64,000 bases of DNA from Candidatus Latescibacterota bacterium (GTDB lineage: Bacteria; Latescibacterota; UBA2968; GCA-2709665), in the NCBI GenBank assembly GCA_965226795.1, contig CBDDDZ010000002.1:128001-192000 (forward strand), in the 5' to 3' direction. Positions within the stretch are counted from its first letter, which is position 1. The number at the start of each line of letters is the position of its first letter. The notes under the pieces were generated by a model. It ran no database searches. It was given only the letters and a program-made list of their open reading frames with translations, and was not told the DNA's origin. Both the position numbers and the translations under genes were made by a program. Below are positions 41,129 to 51,362 of this stretch, in pieces.

Positions 41129-44100
41129 ATGAATACCTACCGCAAAAAACTCATCGAAGTCGCCCTACCGCTTGACGCGATAAATGTCGCGTCGGCCAAG
41201 GAGAAGTCCATCCGACACGGCCACCCCAGCACCCTTCACCTCTGGTGGGCGCGACGGCCGTTGGCAGCGGCACGGGCGGTGATCTTCGCACAGATGGTGG
41301 ATGATCCATCGGCACATCCCGATCTGTTTCCATCCGAGGCTGACCAGGAGAAAGAACGCCAGAGCCTGTTTCGCCTTATCGAAGAATTGGTGAAGTGGGA
41401 GAACACCACCAACGAGGCGGTACTGGAACGGGCGCGATCGGAGATCCGCAAGTCCTGGCGTCGAACCTGCGCAGAAAACGCAGACCATCCGCGTGCAAGC
41501 GAGTTGTTCAACCCCGACAAGCTGCCGGCATTTCACGACCCTTTCGCCGGCGGCGGCGCATTGCCGCTGGAGGCCCAACGACTGGGGCTCGAAGCCTATG
41601 CCAGTGACCTCAACCCGGTGGCGGTGCTCATCAACAAGGCGATGATCGAGATCCCGCCGAAGTTCGCAGGAAGGCCGCCGGTTAATCCTGAAGCGCGGGC
41701 GAAGTATTTGGACGCGCGTACATCGCGCACGAATGAGCCCTTGCTGGGTGTGCGGGCGTCCCGCCCGCACAAGGCCTGGCACAGCCGCGGATATCTTCCG
41801 CATCTGGATCAACCTGACATCATTCAGTCCATCACGTTTCGCCTTGCTGATTCAGTCCCGGCCGATGTCATTGCCGCATGGAAGAGCGAATTGGCGCTCA
41901 AAGGCAAGGAGGCCACGAGCGATCCCAGATGCGCGGAGTTGCGTGAGAGAATTGAACGATACGCTGGACAGGGACATGGAGCCTGCTGGCTAAGAGATGA
42001 GCGGATAGCGGGTCAAGTCGAAGACGCCCTACTTCACTTTGACGGCGTACGCTACCGCTTGCTGTCGTGGGTCATCATGCCCAATCACGTGCATGCGCTG
42101 ATCGAAACGACTCCCGGTTTTCCACTTGAGGCCGTCGTTCATTCGTGGAAATCGTTTACAGCCAAGCAAGTTAACAAAATACTTGGCCGGAGCGGCCAGG
42201 TCTGGGAAGAGGACTACTTCGACCGTTATATCCGCGATGAAAATCATCTATCAACTGTGGTAGACTACATCGAGCAGAACCCTGTAAAAGCGGGTTTGGT
42301 TGACACGGCCAGCGATTGGCGTTGGAGCAGCGCATCAAGAAATGGCAGCAATACAAAACTTGGAGGAACTGCAAGGGAAAATGCGGACGGGACGTCCGCG
42401 TTCCCAGGATTGTGGACCGGAGCAAAAGGCCTCGCGGAGGACGTACGCTATTACGGCCGGTGGATGCGCGACGAAGCCGAGAAACGAATCGGACATCTCT
42501 ATCCTAAGATCGAAGTCACTGCGGAGATGGTCCGTGAACGGCCCGACCTCAAACCGTACGAGGGTAAAAGGTTGACGGTGATCGCGTGGCTTTGGGCACG
42601 GATGGTGAAGAGTCCAAACCCGGCCTTTGCCGACGTAGACGTGCCGCTGGCCTCCACATTCATGCTATCGACAAAGAAGGGGAAAGAGGCGTATGTAGAG
42701 CCGGTGATCGAGGGGCGCGGTTATCGGTTTACGGTTAACGTGGGGAATCCAAATGATGCGGAATCGACGAGGCGGGGCACCAAGTCGGGTGGAAGCGGTA
42801 GCTCTTTTCTTTGCCTCATGTCAGGGACTCCAATGCCATTCGATTATCTTAGGAGCGAGGCCAAGCAAGGTCGAATGGGTGAGAAACTGATGGCAATAGT
42901 CGCAGAAGGCGACCGCGGCCGGGTTTACATCCCCCCGACCGAAGTGCAAGAAGCGATCGCAAAGCGCGCTACGCCGGCTAATACCCCGGAAACCGACCTA
43001 CCTGAACGGGCACTCGGATTTCGCGTGCAGCAGTACGGTATGACCAAGTGGCGGGATCTCTTTGCAGCACGCCAACTCGTCGCCCTGACCACCTTGTCGG
43101 ACTTGGTCGCAGAGGCAATGGAGCGCGTCAACCGCGATTACTTGGCAGCACAGGTCCCTGACATACCTTCGAGCGGGACAGCCTCGGTCCCAGACAACGA
43201 TACGCCCCTACGCAACGGGGGCGCTGGCGCAATGGCGTATGCTGAGGCGGTGGGGGTGTATCTCGGATTGGCTGTGAGTAAGGAGACGGTTTTTCTCGTA
43301 ACACAGGCTCGCTGGAGAGCAGGCGAGGGCAAATCAGCACCTGGGTTTGGGAGGCAGGCGTTGCCAATGGTCTGGGACTACGCAGACCTGAATCCGTTTG
43401 CAGGAGCTGGTGGCGACTTTCTTGGCGTCATTGAGGGGATTGAGAAAACCCTGCGCAATGCGCCTCCTCCGATCGCTGGGTACACTGATCAAGCGGATGC
43501 GATGAATCAGAAATTAAGTCTCGACAAGGTTGTGTCAACGGACCCACCCTACTACGACAACATTGGCTACGCCGACCTTTCCGATTATTTTTACGTTTGG
43601 CTGCGCCACCCGCTTAAGCCGATCCTTCCCTACCTCTTTACTACGCTCGCCGTACCAAAGGTCGACGAATTGGTCGCCACACCATACCGTCACGGCAGCA
43701 AGGTGAAAGCAGAGAAGTTCTTTCTCGATGGTATGGGCCAGGCGATGTGCCGCTTGGCCGAACAAGCGCACCCCGGCTTTCCGGTCACCATCTACTATGC
43801 CTTCAAGCAGTGCGAGACCAAAGGCAACAGTGGTATTTCCAGTACCGGGTGGGAAACTTTCCTGGCTGCCGTAATCCAGTCAGGCTTCGCAGTCACAGGC
43901 ACATGGCCGATGCGTACGGAGAATTCGACTCGGCTTGTCGGTATGATCACCAACTCACTCGCATCCAGCATAGTCCTCGTCTGCCGCAAGCATTCGGCCA
44001 ATGCACCGCTGGCCACGCGCCGCGAGTTCGTCGCCGCGTTGCGGGGAAAACTTCCAAGCGCTCTAGCCCGACTTCAATCCGGAAACATTGCCCCGGTCGA

Positions 44101-44749
44101 TCTGGCGCAGGCAGCCATCGGACCCGGCATGGCAGTGTTCACGCGCTATACCAAAGTACTCGATGCCCAGGGCAATCCCGTATCCGTAGGTGACGCCTTG
44201 GCGTTAATTAATCAGACACTCGACGAGGTTCTTGCCGAGCAGGAGGGCGAATTCGACGCCGACACGCGGTGGGCGCTGGCGTGGTTCGAGCAGGAAGGCT
44301 TTGGCGAGGGCGAGTACGGCGTGGCGGAAACCCTGGCGAAGGCAAAGAACACCAGCATCGCCGGCATCGTCGAGGGTGGTATTCTCGCCTCCCGGGGTGG
44401 CAGGGTGCGCCTTTTGCGTCCGAACGAGTTGTCCGGTGACTGGGATCCGACGTCCGACACTCGGCTGACCGTGTGGGAGGCGGTCCACTACCTGGTCCAC
44501 GCTCTTGAATCTGGCGGCGAATCCGCCGCCGCCACGCTGGTTAACCAACTCGGCGGTGTCGCCGAGACCGCACGCGAACTGGCCTATCGGCTATATATCG
44601 TTTGCGAGCGCAAGAACCGCAATGAGGAAGCCCGCTCTTACAACGGCCTCGTACAAAGCTGGCCTGAAATTGCACCCCTGTCTCGGGAGCGAGCTCCGGC
44701 GGAGCAGGGCGACATCTTTAGGGACCGAAATCCGAGAAGTGTCGCATGA
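41129..44749 (+). CDS. DUF1156 adenine DNA methyltransferase with in-frame RAYT transposase insertion (copy 2)
   Basis: Same motifs as copy 1; divergent central target-recognition segments. Confidence 0.92.
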   Translation: MNTYRKKLIEVALPLDAINVASAKEKSIRHGHPSTLHLWWARRPLAAARAVIFAQMVDDPSAHPDLFPSEADQEKERQSLFRLIEELVKWENTTNEAVLERARSEIRKSWRRTCAENADHPRASELFNPDKLPAFHDPFAGGGALPLEAQRLGLEAYASDLNPVAVLINKAMIEIPPKFAGRPPVNPEARAKYLDARTSRTNEPLLGVRASRPHKAWHSRGYLPHLDQPDIIQSITFRLADSVPADVIAAWKSELALKGKEATSDPRCAELRERIERYAGQGHGACWLRDERIAGQVEDALLHFDGVRYRLLSWVIMPNHVHALIETTPGFPLEAVVHSWKSFTAKQVNKILGRSGQVWEEDYFDRYIRDENHLSTVVDYIEQNPVKAGLVDTASDWRWSSASRNGSNTKLGGTARENADGTSAFPGLWTGAKGLAEDVRYYGRWMRDEAEKRIGHLYPKIEVTAEMVRERPDLKPYEGKRLTVIAWLWARMVKSPNPAFADVDVPLASTFMLSTKKGKEAYVEPVIEGRGYRFTVNVGNPNDAESTRRGTKSGGSGSSFLCLMSGTPMPFDYLRSEAKQGRMGEKLMAIVAEGDRGRVYIPPTEVQEAIAKRATPANTPETDLPERALGFRVQQYGMTKWRDLFAARQLVALTTLSDLVAEAMERVNRDYLAAQVPDIPSSGTASVPDNDTPLRNGGAGAMAYAEAVGVYLGLAVSKETVFLVTQARWRAGEGKSAPGFGRQALPMVWDYADLNPFAGAGGDFLGVIEGIEKTLRNAPPPIAGYTDQADAMNQKLSLDKVVSTDPPYYDNIGYADLSDYFYVWLRHPLKPILPYLFTTLAVPKVDELVATPYRHGSKVKAEKFFLDGMGQAMCRLAEQAHPGFPVTIYYAFKQCETKGNSGISSTGWETFLAAVIQSGFAVTGTWPMRTENSTRLVGMITNSLASSIVLVCRKHSANAPLATRREFVAALRGKLPSALARLQSGNIAPVDLAQAAIGPGMAVFTRYTKVLDAQGNPVSVGDALALINQTLDEVLAEQEGEFDADTRWALAWFEQEGFGEGEYGVAETLAKAKNTSIAGIVEGGILASRGGRVRLLRPNELSGDWDPTSDTRLTVWEAVHYLVHALESGGESAAATLVNQLGGVAETARELAYRLYIVCERKNRNEEARSYNGLVQSWPEIAPLSRERAPAEQGDIFRDRNPRSVA
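41744..42407 (+). mobile_element. REP-bounded RAYT cassette inside methyltransferase 2
   Basis: REP2 41744-41769(+) and 42382-42407(-); nearly identical to 36010-36673. Confidence 0.85.
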
Positions 44750-44756
44750 CGTAACC

Positions 44757-44782
44757 CTGGGAGCGCGGGCGTCCCGCCCGCA
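44757..44782 (+). repeat. REP family 2 copy after methyltransferase 2
   Basis: CTGGGAGCGCGGGCGTCCCGCCCGCA, same position relative to the stop codon as 38984-39009. Confidence 0.85.
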
Positions 44783-44955
44783 TGTTGGAACAGCATATGG
44801 CCGCAGTCCTATCGCTATATCTATGCCATTCCAGAGGCGTAGCGGAAGAAATAACAAGATGCGACCGGCAAGCGGCCCCGTCGGCCGAGATTGGGGACTG
44901 TGAGAACTCACTTTATGAGTGTCCGCTGTGACGGCATAAGTAGAGGTCCAACGGA

Positions 44956-46329
44956 ATGAGTTTAGTGCAATATCTACGTCGTTTTCGTGAGACCCGACGC
45001 ATAGCCCGAAGACAGGCTCGTAGCTGGGGGCGCGATTTATCGAGGTCTATCAAGGCCAATCAAGGTCGGCTCGCGCTAATCGTCATTCTGGTGGTCGCTC
45101 TCGGGGCCGTCGCCTGGATGCTGATTGCCTCCTGGAACTGGCTGAGCACAGACTTCTGGACTTGGCTACGAGGGGAGCCGAATCGGATGGAATCAGGTAG
45201 CACGACCGTTCGCAATCTCGGCTTGCTTATCGCTGGCCTAATCGCCCTGCCGCTCGCGATTTGGCGCAGTTGGGTCGCCCATCGCCAAGCCGACACGGCA
45301 CAGCAGAATCTATTGAATGAACGCTACCGACAAGGGGCCGAGATGCTTGATAGCGAGATCCTGTCGGTCCGCTTGGGTGGGATCTACGCGCTACAACGTC
45401 TTGCGGTGGAAAATCCAAAGCAATACCACGTCCAAGTGATGCAGTTATTGTGTGCGTTCGTGCGACACCCCCCAAAAGGTAACAGCGACAAGCAAAAAGA
45501 GGTAATCGGGGATCGAAAGAAACCCGAGTTGCGCAGTGACGTGCAAGACGCCGTGAGCGCAATTAGCGCATGTCATGCTCGACAAAGCAAATTGGAAAAT
45601 AGATTGGGTTTTCGATTAGATCTGCGTGGCGTTAATCTCTCCAGTGCGGACTTGTTTAAGGCAGTGCTAAGCAAAGCGAATTTTTCCGATGCAGACTTGT
45701 CGGGAGCAGGGCTTATCGGCGCGAATCTGGCAGGGGCAGTGTTGACTCGCGCGAATCTGGCAGGGGCGCGGCTGACCGGCGCTAACCTAAATGGCGCCAG
45801 ATTCGAACGTGCGAACCTCTCGGAGACGCGGCTTGAAAGTTCAGATTTAGCTATGGCAGGCCTCGCGAACGCGAACCTCTCTATGGCACGACTATCCAAT
45901 GCAAGCCTGACCGAAGCACATCTCTCAAACGCAAACTTGGCCGGGGCATCGCTTCACGACTCTGATCTATCCAAGACACGGCTCCAGGGAGCGAACTTGG
46001 CCAGAGCATCACTGTATCAGGCTAGCCTGACCGGGGCAATACTCTCACGAACGAATTTCGACGGCGCAGGGCTTGGTGGTGCGAATCTGCTGGGCTCGGA
46101 CTTGTCCAACGCGAATATGTCCAATGCAAATCTGTCGCCGGTTGTTACGACTACACATGAAGTCGGGAAAGAACCGTACCAGGAGAAGTTCCTAACCAAA
46201 TTGACGCAGGCTCAGCTTGATGTCGCCTGCGCCGAGTCGGACACACCACCTAATCTGAGCGGTGCCGTAGATGCTGAATCTGGCAAGCCGCTGGTGTGGC
46301 GTGGCAGACCTTTAAATAGTCATTCGTAG
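44956..46329 (+). CDS. Membrane-anchored pentapeptide repeat protein
   Basis: Two N-terminal hydrophobic helices, VRLGGIYALQRLA, long A(N/D)LxxA repeat tract. Confidence 0.9.
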   Translation: MSLVQYLRRFRETRRIARRQARSWGRDLSRSIKANQGRLALIVILVVALGAVAWMLIASWNWLSTDFWTWLRGEPNRMESGSTTVRNLGLLIAGLIALPLAIWRSWVAHRQADTAQQNLLNERYRQGAEMLDSEILSVRLGGIYALQRLAVENPKQYHVQVMQLLCAFVRHPPKGNSDKQKEVIGDRKKPELRSDVQDAVSAISACHARQSKLENRLGFRLDLRGVNLSSADLFKAVLSKANFSDADLSGAGLIGANLAGAVLTRANLAGARLTGANLNGARFERANLSETRLESSDLAMAGLANANLSMARLSNASLTEAHLSNANLAGASLHDSDLSKTRLQGANLARASLYQASLTGAILSRTNFDGAGLGGANLLGSDLSNANMSNANLSPVVTTTHEVGKEPYQEKFLTKLTQAQLDVACAESDTPPNLSGAVDAESGKPLVWRGRPLNSHS

Positions 46330-46600
46330 ATGTATGAAGACGCCGCGCCCGCGATCTCGATTGGAACCTACAGTGAAATGTATCGACTGTACGCATCTCG
46401 TTCCAACTGGATCATCCGCGTCTGGGAATGGCGAGCTTGGCGACGGGTCCGCCAATTTTGTAGCGCGCCGGTCGCGCCAAAAGGTGCTGTGCGAATAGGG
46501 CGAGTTATTCGGAGGCGGAGCCGACACACTATAAAGTAAATGACTAAGTCGCTATACATTTTTGTACGGAAAATTCACGAGTGAGAAGGGAGACACGATC

Positions 46601-49435
46601 GTGACATCAGATCCAAGTAGCCGCTGGCGTTACCCGGGTGCACGATGGTGGAAGTTTGACTTCCACACCCACACACCTGCGTCAGCGGACTATGGCCGAG
46701 GACCGGACCAAGCTGCTCTACGGCAGATAACTCCTACCGACTGGCTACTAGCATTTATGCGCGCTGGCGTGGATTGTGTGGCGGTAACTGATCATAACTC
46801 GGGCGAGTGGATCGACGGGCTCAAAACGGCACTCCTTGACCTAAAGCACGATCCGCATCCAGACTTTCGGCCCCTTTGTCTGTTTCCAGGAGTTGAGATC
46901 ACTGCCAACGGTGGCATTCACATTCTCGCGATACTCGACACTGACAAGTCCTCTGCGGACGTCGCGTCGCTTCTTGGAGCAGTCGAGTACCACGGTGAGC
47001 GCGGTGAGACTGATGTTGCCGCTAATAAAGCACCTATCGGGGTCGTAAAAGCCATCGTCGATGTCGGCGGTATTCCAATTCTTGCACATGTAGACGAGCC
47101 GGGGGGAGCCTGGAAACTTTCGGGAAACACGCTTAACCCGTTGCTGGAATTCGATGGATTGTTTGCAATGGAAGTTGTCGATTCGACCGCGAAAAAACCT
47201 GAAAAATACCGACAAATGAAGCTCAATTGGGTTGAAATTCTTGGGTCGGACTCACATGACCAAACCGGCAAGACTGGCTCCCGTGTTCTCGGTTGCCATT
47301 ACACGTGGGTAAAGATGGCGGAACCGTCTCTCGAGGGGTTGCGCTTGGCACTCCTGGACGGCGGCGGTTTTTCGATTCGGCGCAGTGATGATTCGCGTCC
47401 TTTTGATCCGTTTGGATTGCCTGAGCACTTCGTTGAAGCTTTCGAAATCGAAGATGCGCAATACATGGGGCGTGGAGATTCGGCGAAACTCAGCTTCAGT
47501 CCGTGGCTCAACGCGCTGGTTGGAGGGAGAGGTACGGGAAAATCAACAGTAATCCATGGTATAAGGCTTGCGTCAAGACGTGAGCAGGAATTGGCAAATT
47601 TCGAAGAGAATTCCGAGCCCCGCTTGATCTTCGATCAATTCAACCGGGTGCCTGGGGACCGCACGGACCGTGGTGGTTTGACAAATTCAACAGAAATCAG
47701 GTTGACTGTGATGCGGAACGACGTTCGGTATCGAGTGCGCTGGCGGCGCGACGGTTCCGGGATAGTAGTAGAGGAGGACGCAGGCGAACAGGGTTGGGGC
47801 CCGTCGAACATTCAAAGTGTTACGCCCGAACGCTTTCCAATCCGGATTTTTAGCCAGGGACAGATTGCAGCAATGGCGGGAGAGAACCAACAGGCATTGT
47901 TGCAGGTGATTGACGACGCTGCGGGTGTGGTCGGGCTACAGCGTCAACTCTATGATGCCAGGAGCGAATTCTATGCGGCGCGGGCGCGGATTCGCGAACT
48001 GGACGGCAAGTTAGTTCGCTGGGATGATCTAAGGGTTGAGAAGGATGACGTGGAGCGAAAACTGAAGCGTTTTGAGGAAGCGCGACATGGGGAAATTCTA
48101 ACCCTTTACCAACGCAGCATTCGGCAGCAAAGGGAGATGGAACGCCAGTTTGAGTCAACGGATGCTGCCGCACAACATATTGAAGATGCAATTAGCGCGG
48201 TACATTCCGAAGATGTGCCGGAAGGATTGTTCGACACGGAATCTGACGAAGATCGCGAAGCCCTGTCAGCCATAGATGCGTTGGCTTCCGCCATAAAGAC
48301 TGCTGCCGAAACCCTATATTGCACCGCAGAGGGACTACGTGCGGTCGTCAAGACACAAAGGAGCGAGTTGTCCAAAAGCGAATGGCAGACGGCTGTGAAT
48401 GAGATCGTCTCTGAGTATGAGCAGTTGGTCGAAACACTTCAATCGGAGGGTGTCTCTGATCCGAGCGAGTACGGCCGCCTTGTGCAGGAGCGACAGCGAC
48501 TGGATAGCGAAATCGAAGTTATGAAGTCGATCAGGAAGGAACGTTGTGGATTGGAAAAGCAATGTCGATCGCTGCTCGAGCGAGTCTTGGAAACTCGGCG
48601 TGCCGTGAGTACAGAGCGCGACGAATTCCTTGAAGACGCTTTGGCGCAGAACAGTTTCGTGCGTATCCGAAACCTATCATACGGCGACGACCCCCGTGTT
48701 ATTGAAGGTGGATTGCGCGAGGCATTGGGCGTTCTCGACGAACGTTTTCAGCTCGACATTTTGGATATGGATGGCGAGTCGCCGGCGAAAGGAATCGTTG
48801 CAGAAATAATGAATGGCTTGCCGAAGGAGCCCTCGGAACGCGGTTCTGAACTGGAAGACCGGATTGACCGTCTAAAAGACCGCTTTCCCGCTGCTTGTAA
48901 GGGTCACGGTGACTTTGGAGGTCGTTTCAACAACTATCTGAAACGTGAATTCGAGAGACGACCTGAATTCCTCGATGGATTGCTGACGTGGTTCCCGGAT
49001 GATTCCTTACGGGTGGAATATAACCGGGTGGGCGATGGAACGGATTTTCGGCCCATTACACAGGCTTCGTCCGGACAGCGGTCGGCGGCGATGCTGGCGT
49101 TCCTACTGGCACACGGCGAGGAACCGCTGGTGCTGGACCAACCGGAGGACGATCTGGACAACCATTTGATCTATGACTTGGTTGTTCGCCAAATCCGTGA
49201 AAACAAACTAAGGCGACAGATCATAGTTGTGACACACAACCCCAACATCGTGGTGAACGGAGATGCGGAGATGTTGCATGCACTTGAATTTGTAAGCGGA
49301 CAGTGCATTGTGGAGCAATCTGGATCATTGCAGCAGGAGGCCATGCGCGAGGAAGTCTGCCGCATAATGGAGGGAGGGCGCGAAGCGTTCGAGCGCCGCT
49401 ATCGCAGACTTGGACCGGAGCCAACCCATGTTTGA
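46601..49435 (+). CDS. PHP phosphoesterase + SMC/ABC-like ATPase fusion (TrlF/Ppl-like defence protein)
   Basis: DFHTHTPAS, VTDHN, GSDSH; GGRGTGKS, coiled coil, SSGQRSAA, DQPEDDLD, VTHN. Confidence 0.88.
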   Translation: MTSDPSSRWRYPGARWWKFDFHTHTPASADYGRGPDQAALRQITPTDWLLAFMRAGVDCVAVTDHNSGEWIDGLKTALLDLKHDPHPDFRPLCLFPGVEITANGGIHILAILDTDKSSADVASLLGAVEYHGERGETDVAANKAPIGVVKAIVDVGGIPILAHVDEPGGAWKLSGNTLNPLLEFDGLFAMEVVDSTAKKPEKYRQMKLNWVEILGSDSHDQTGKTGSRVLGCHYTWVKMAEPSLEGLRLALLDGGGFSIRRSDDSRPFDPFGLPEHFVEAFEIEDAQYMGRGDSAKLSFSPWLNALVGGRGTGKSTVIHGIRLASRREQELANFEENSEPRLIFDQFNRVPGDRTDRGGLTNSTEIRLTVMRNDVRYRVRWRRDGSGIVVEEDAGEQGWGPSNIQSVTPERFPIRIFSQGQIAAMAGENQQALLQVIDDAAGVVGLQRQLYDARSEFYAARARIRELDGKLVRWDDLRVEKDDVERKLKRFEEARHGEILTLYQRSIRQQREMERQFESTDAAAQHIEDAISAVHSEDVPEGLFDTESDEDREALSAIDALASAIKTAAETLYCTAEGLRAVVKTQRSELSKSEWQTAVNEIVSEYEQLVETLQSEGVSDPSEYGRLVQERQRLDSEIEVMKSIRKERCGLEKQCRSLLERVLETRRAVSTERDEFLEDALAQNSFVRIRNLSYGDDPRVIEGGLREALGVLDERFQLDILDMDGESPAKGIVAEIMNGLPKEPSERGSELEDRIDRLKDRFPAACKGHGDFGGRFNNYLKREFERRPEFLDGLLTWFPDDSLRVEYNRVGDGTDFRPITQASSGQRSAAMLAFLLAHGEEPLVLDQPEDDLDNHLIYDLVVRQIRENKLRRQIIVVTHNPNIVVNGDAEMLHALEFVSGQCIVEQSGSLQQEAMREEVCRIMEGGREAFERRYRRLGPEPTHV

Positions 49436-50675
49436 TAGCCAGAAGGAACTGCTTGACAAGATTCGACTGGGCGAAGATACGTTCCTGGAATGCAAGGAGG
49501 TCCGGTTTTCGGGAAAGCGTGTCACCGGCCCTCATCGCGACTCCATGGCTGCTTTTGCAAACAGTCAAGGGGGAGTTTTAGTGTTAGGCGTGGAAGACGA
49601 ATCAAGGGAGATCCTTGGTATTTCACTTGACCGTCTCGAATTGGTAGAGAGCTTCGTTCATGAGCTTTGCCAGGACTCTATTGACCCACCCTTGGCGCCT
49701 ACAATACGGCGCCTGCGGCTACCGACGACTACCGGTGAGGAGGTAGCTGTCATTAAAATTGATGTACCACGCAGTCTATTCGTCCATCGAAGCCCGGGCG
49801 GTTTCAAGCATCGAGTCGGCAGCGCCAAACGTGTAACGTCTGCCGAATTCCTGGCCCGCCTCTTTCAACACCGTAGCCAAACCGGGGTTATTCGGTTCGA
49901 CGAACAGACCGTGACGCAGGCCGAATTGGAAGATTTGGACCCGCATCTGTGGGAAAGGTTCCTCACGCCCCGTTCGGGAAATCAGCGAGAGGACTTTCTG
50001 TCCCAATTGGGTATGGCACGTACTGAGAATGACAGCTCTATCCGGCCAACGGTAGCAGGTGTCCTAATGGCTAGTCATGATTCGCGGGAATGGTTGCCTA
50101 ATGCATACATTCAAGCTGTCGCCTACCGGGGAGACCAAATCCGACTGGAAACATCCGGCGACCCCTATCAACTTGATGCCGCAGATATATATGGTCCACT
50201 GGATGCCCAGGTAGCGCAAGCCTGTAGATTCGTGATGAAGAACATGAGGACAGCAGCAGATAAAGAATTAGGGCGCCGCGACCTACCTCAATTCGATATG
50301 ACGGCAGTTTTTGAGGCATTGGTCAATGCAGTAGCTCATCGCGATTACTCCATTCATGGGTCGAAGATCAGACTCAGGTTATTTTCCAATAGGCTGGAAT
50401 TGTATTCACCGGGGACGCTACCTAACACGCTGACGATTGACAGCCTTCCATACCGGCAGTCTGCCCGTAATGAGACAGTATGCAGCCTGCTTGCACGATC
50501 TACGGTGCCAGATAATGCGCCCTGGCTCGAAACGGACCGCAATACACTTATGGATTGGCGTGGAGAGGGCGTGCGTATCATCCTCGATAATAGTGAGATG
50601 CTGTCCGGTCGTCGCCCCGAGTACACTCTGATCGACGAACGTGAGTTGCAGCTTGTTATCTGGGCGGCAACTTAG
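49428..50675 (+). CDS. AlbA_2/Schlafen domain + HATPase_c_4 (RecG C-terminal-like) protein
   Basis: GEDTFLECKE, AAFANSQGG.LVLGV.D, EALVNAVAHRDYS, SPGTLPN; overlaps upstream stop. Confidence 0.85.
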   Translation: MFDSQKELLDKIRLGEDTFLECKEVRFSGKRVTGPHRDSMAAFANSQGGVLVLGVEDESREILGISLDRLELVESFVHELCQDSIDPPLAPTIRRLRLPTTTGEEVAVIKIDVPRSLFVHRSPGGFKHRVGSAKRVTSAEFLARLFQHRSQTGVIRFDEQTVTQAELEDLDPHLWERFLTPRSGNQREDFLSQLGMARTENDSSIRPTVAGVLMASHDSREWLPNAYIQAVAYRGDQIRLETSGDPYQLDAADIYGPLDAQVAQACRFVMKNMRTAADKELGRRDLPQFDMTAVFEALVNAVAHRDYSIHGSKIRLRLFSNRLELYSPGTLPNTLTIDSLPYRQSARNETVCSLLARSTVPDNAPWLETDRNTLMDWRGEGVRIILDNSEMLSGRRPEYTLIDERELQLVIWAAT

Positions 50676-50718
50676 ATTTTCGCCGATTGGCTAGCCGGGA
50701 TACTCGGGAAATGTGCCA

Positions 50719-51156
50719 ATGAAAATCTCCACCATCGGCTTCACACGAAAGCCTGCTCGCCTTTTCTTCGACCTGCTGCGTGAGTCGGGTGTCAGTCGCG
50801 TCGTTGACGTAAGGCTCAATAATGGGTCGCAATTGGCCGGTTTTGCGAAGAAGGAAGACCTCGCGTTTTTCTTGGGCGAGCTTTGCGGCATGGAGTACGT
50901 CCACCTGCCGGTGCTGGCCCCGACGAAGGAGTTGCTGGACGACTACAGGAAACGGCGTTGCGATTGGGTAGCTTACGAGGACCGATTCATCGCGCTGATG
51001 CGTGACCGGCGGATCGAGGAGACGGTTCCGAAAGAGATTGTCGCCGACGGATGCCTGTTGTGCAGCGAGGATAAGCCGCACCGTTGCCACCGACGGCTTG
51101 TCGCCGAGTACCTGAAACAACATTGGAGCGACGTGGAAATCGTGCATATCAGATAG
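50719..51156 (+). CDS. DUF488 family protein
   Basis: ISTIGFT, VVDVRLNN.SQLAGFAKK, LLCSEDKPHRCHRRLVAEYL. Confidence 0.85.
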   Translation: MKISTIGFTRKPARLFFDLLRESGVSRVVDVRLNNGSQLAGFAKKEDLAFFLGELCGMEYVHLPVLAPTKELLDDYRKRRCDWVAYEDRFIALMRDRRIEETVPKEIVADGCLLCSEDKPHRCHRRLVAEYLKQHWSDVEIVHIR

Positions 51157-51362
51157 AAAGCGCGACATGTATAGACCCGCGTCGGAAACGTTCATCACAA
51201 CGATCGTGGACCGTATCGTGAGAGGCTTTCAGCCTTCGCGGATTGTCCTTTTTGGTTCCCATGCGCTTGGCACGGCACAGGAATTGTGCCCGTGATGATT
51301 TCTACCATCGACTTCCGAAAAAACCGGCCCGCCGTTTCTTCGAAAACTCGGAGGCTTGATCC

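Noticed and set aside
46330..46539. 69 aa ORF between the pentapeptide and PHP-ATPase genes
   Set aside because: No family features; cannot be supported
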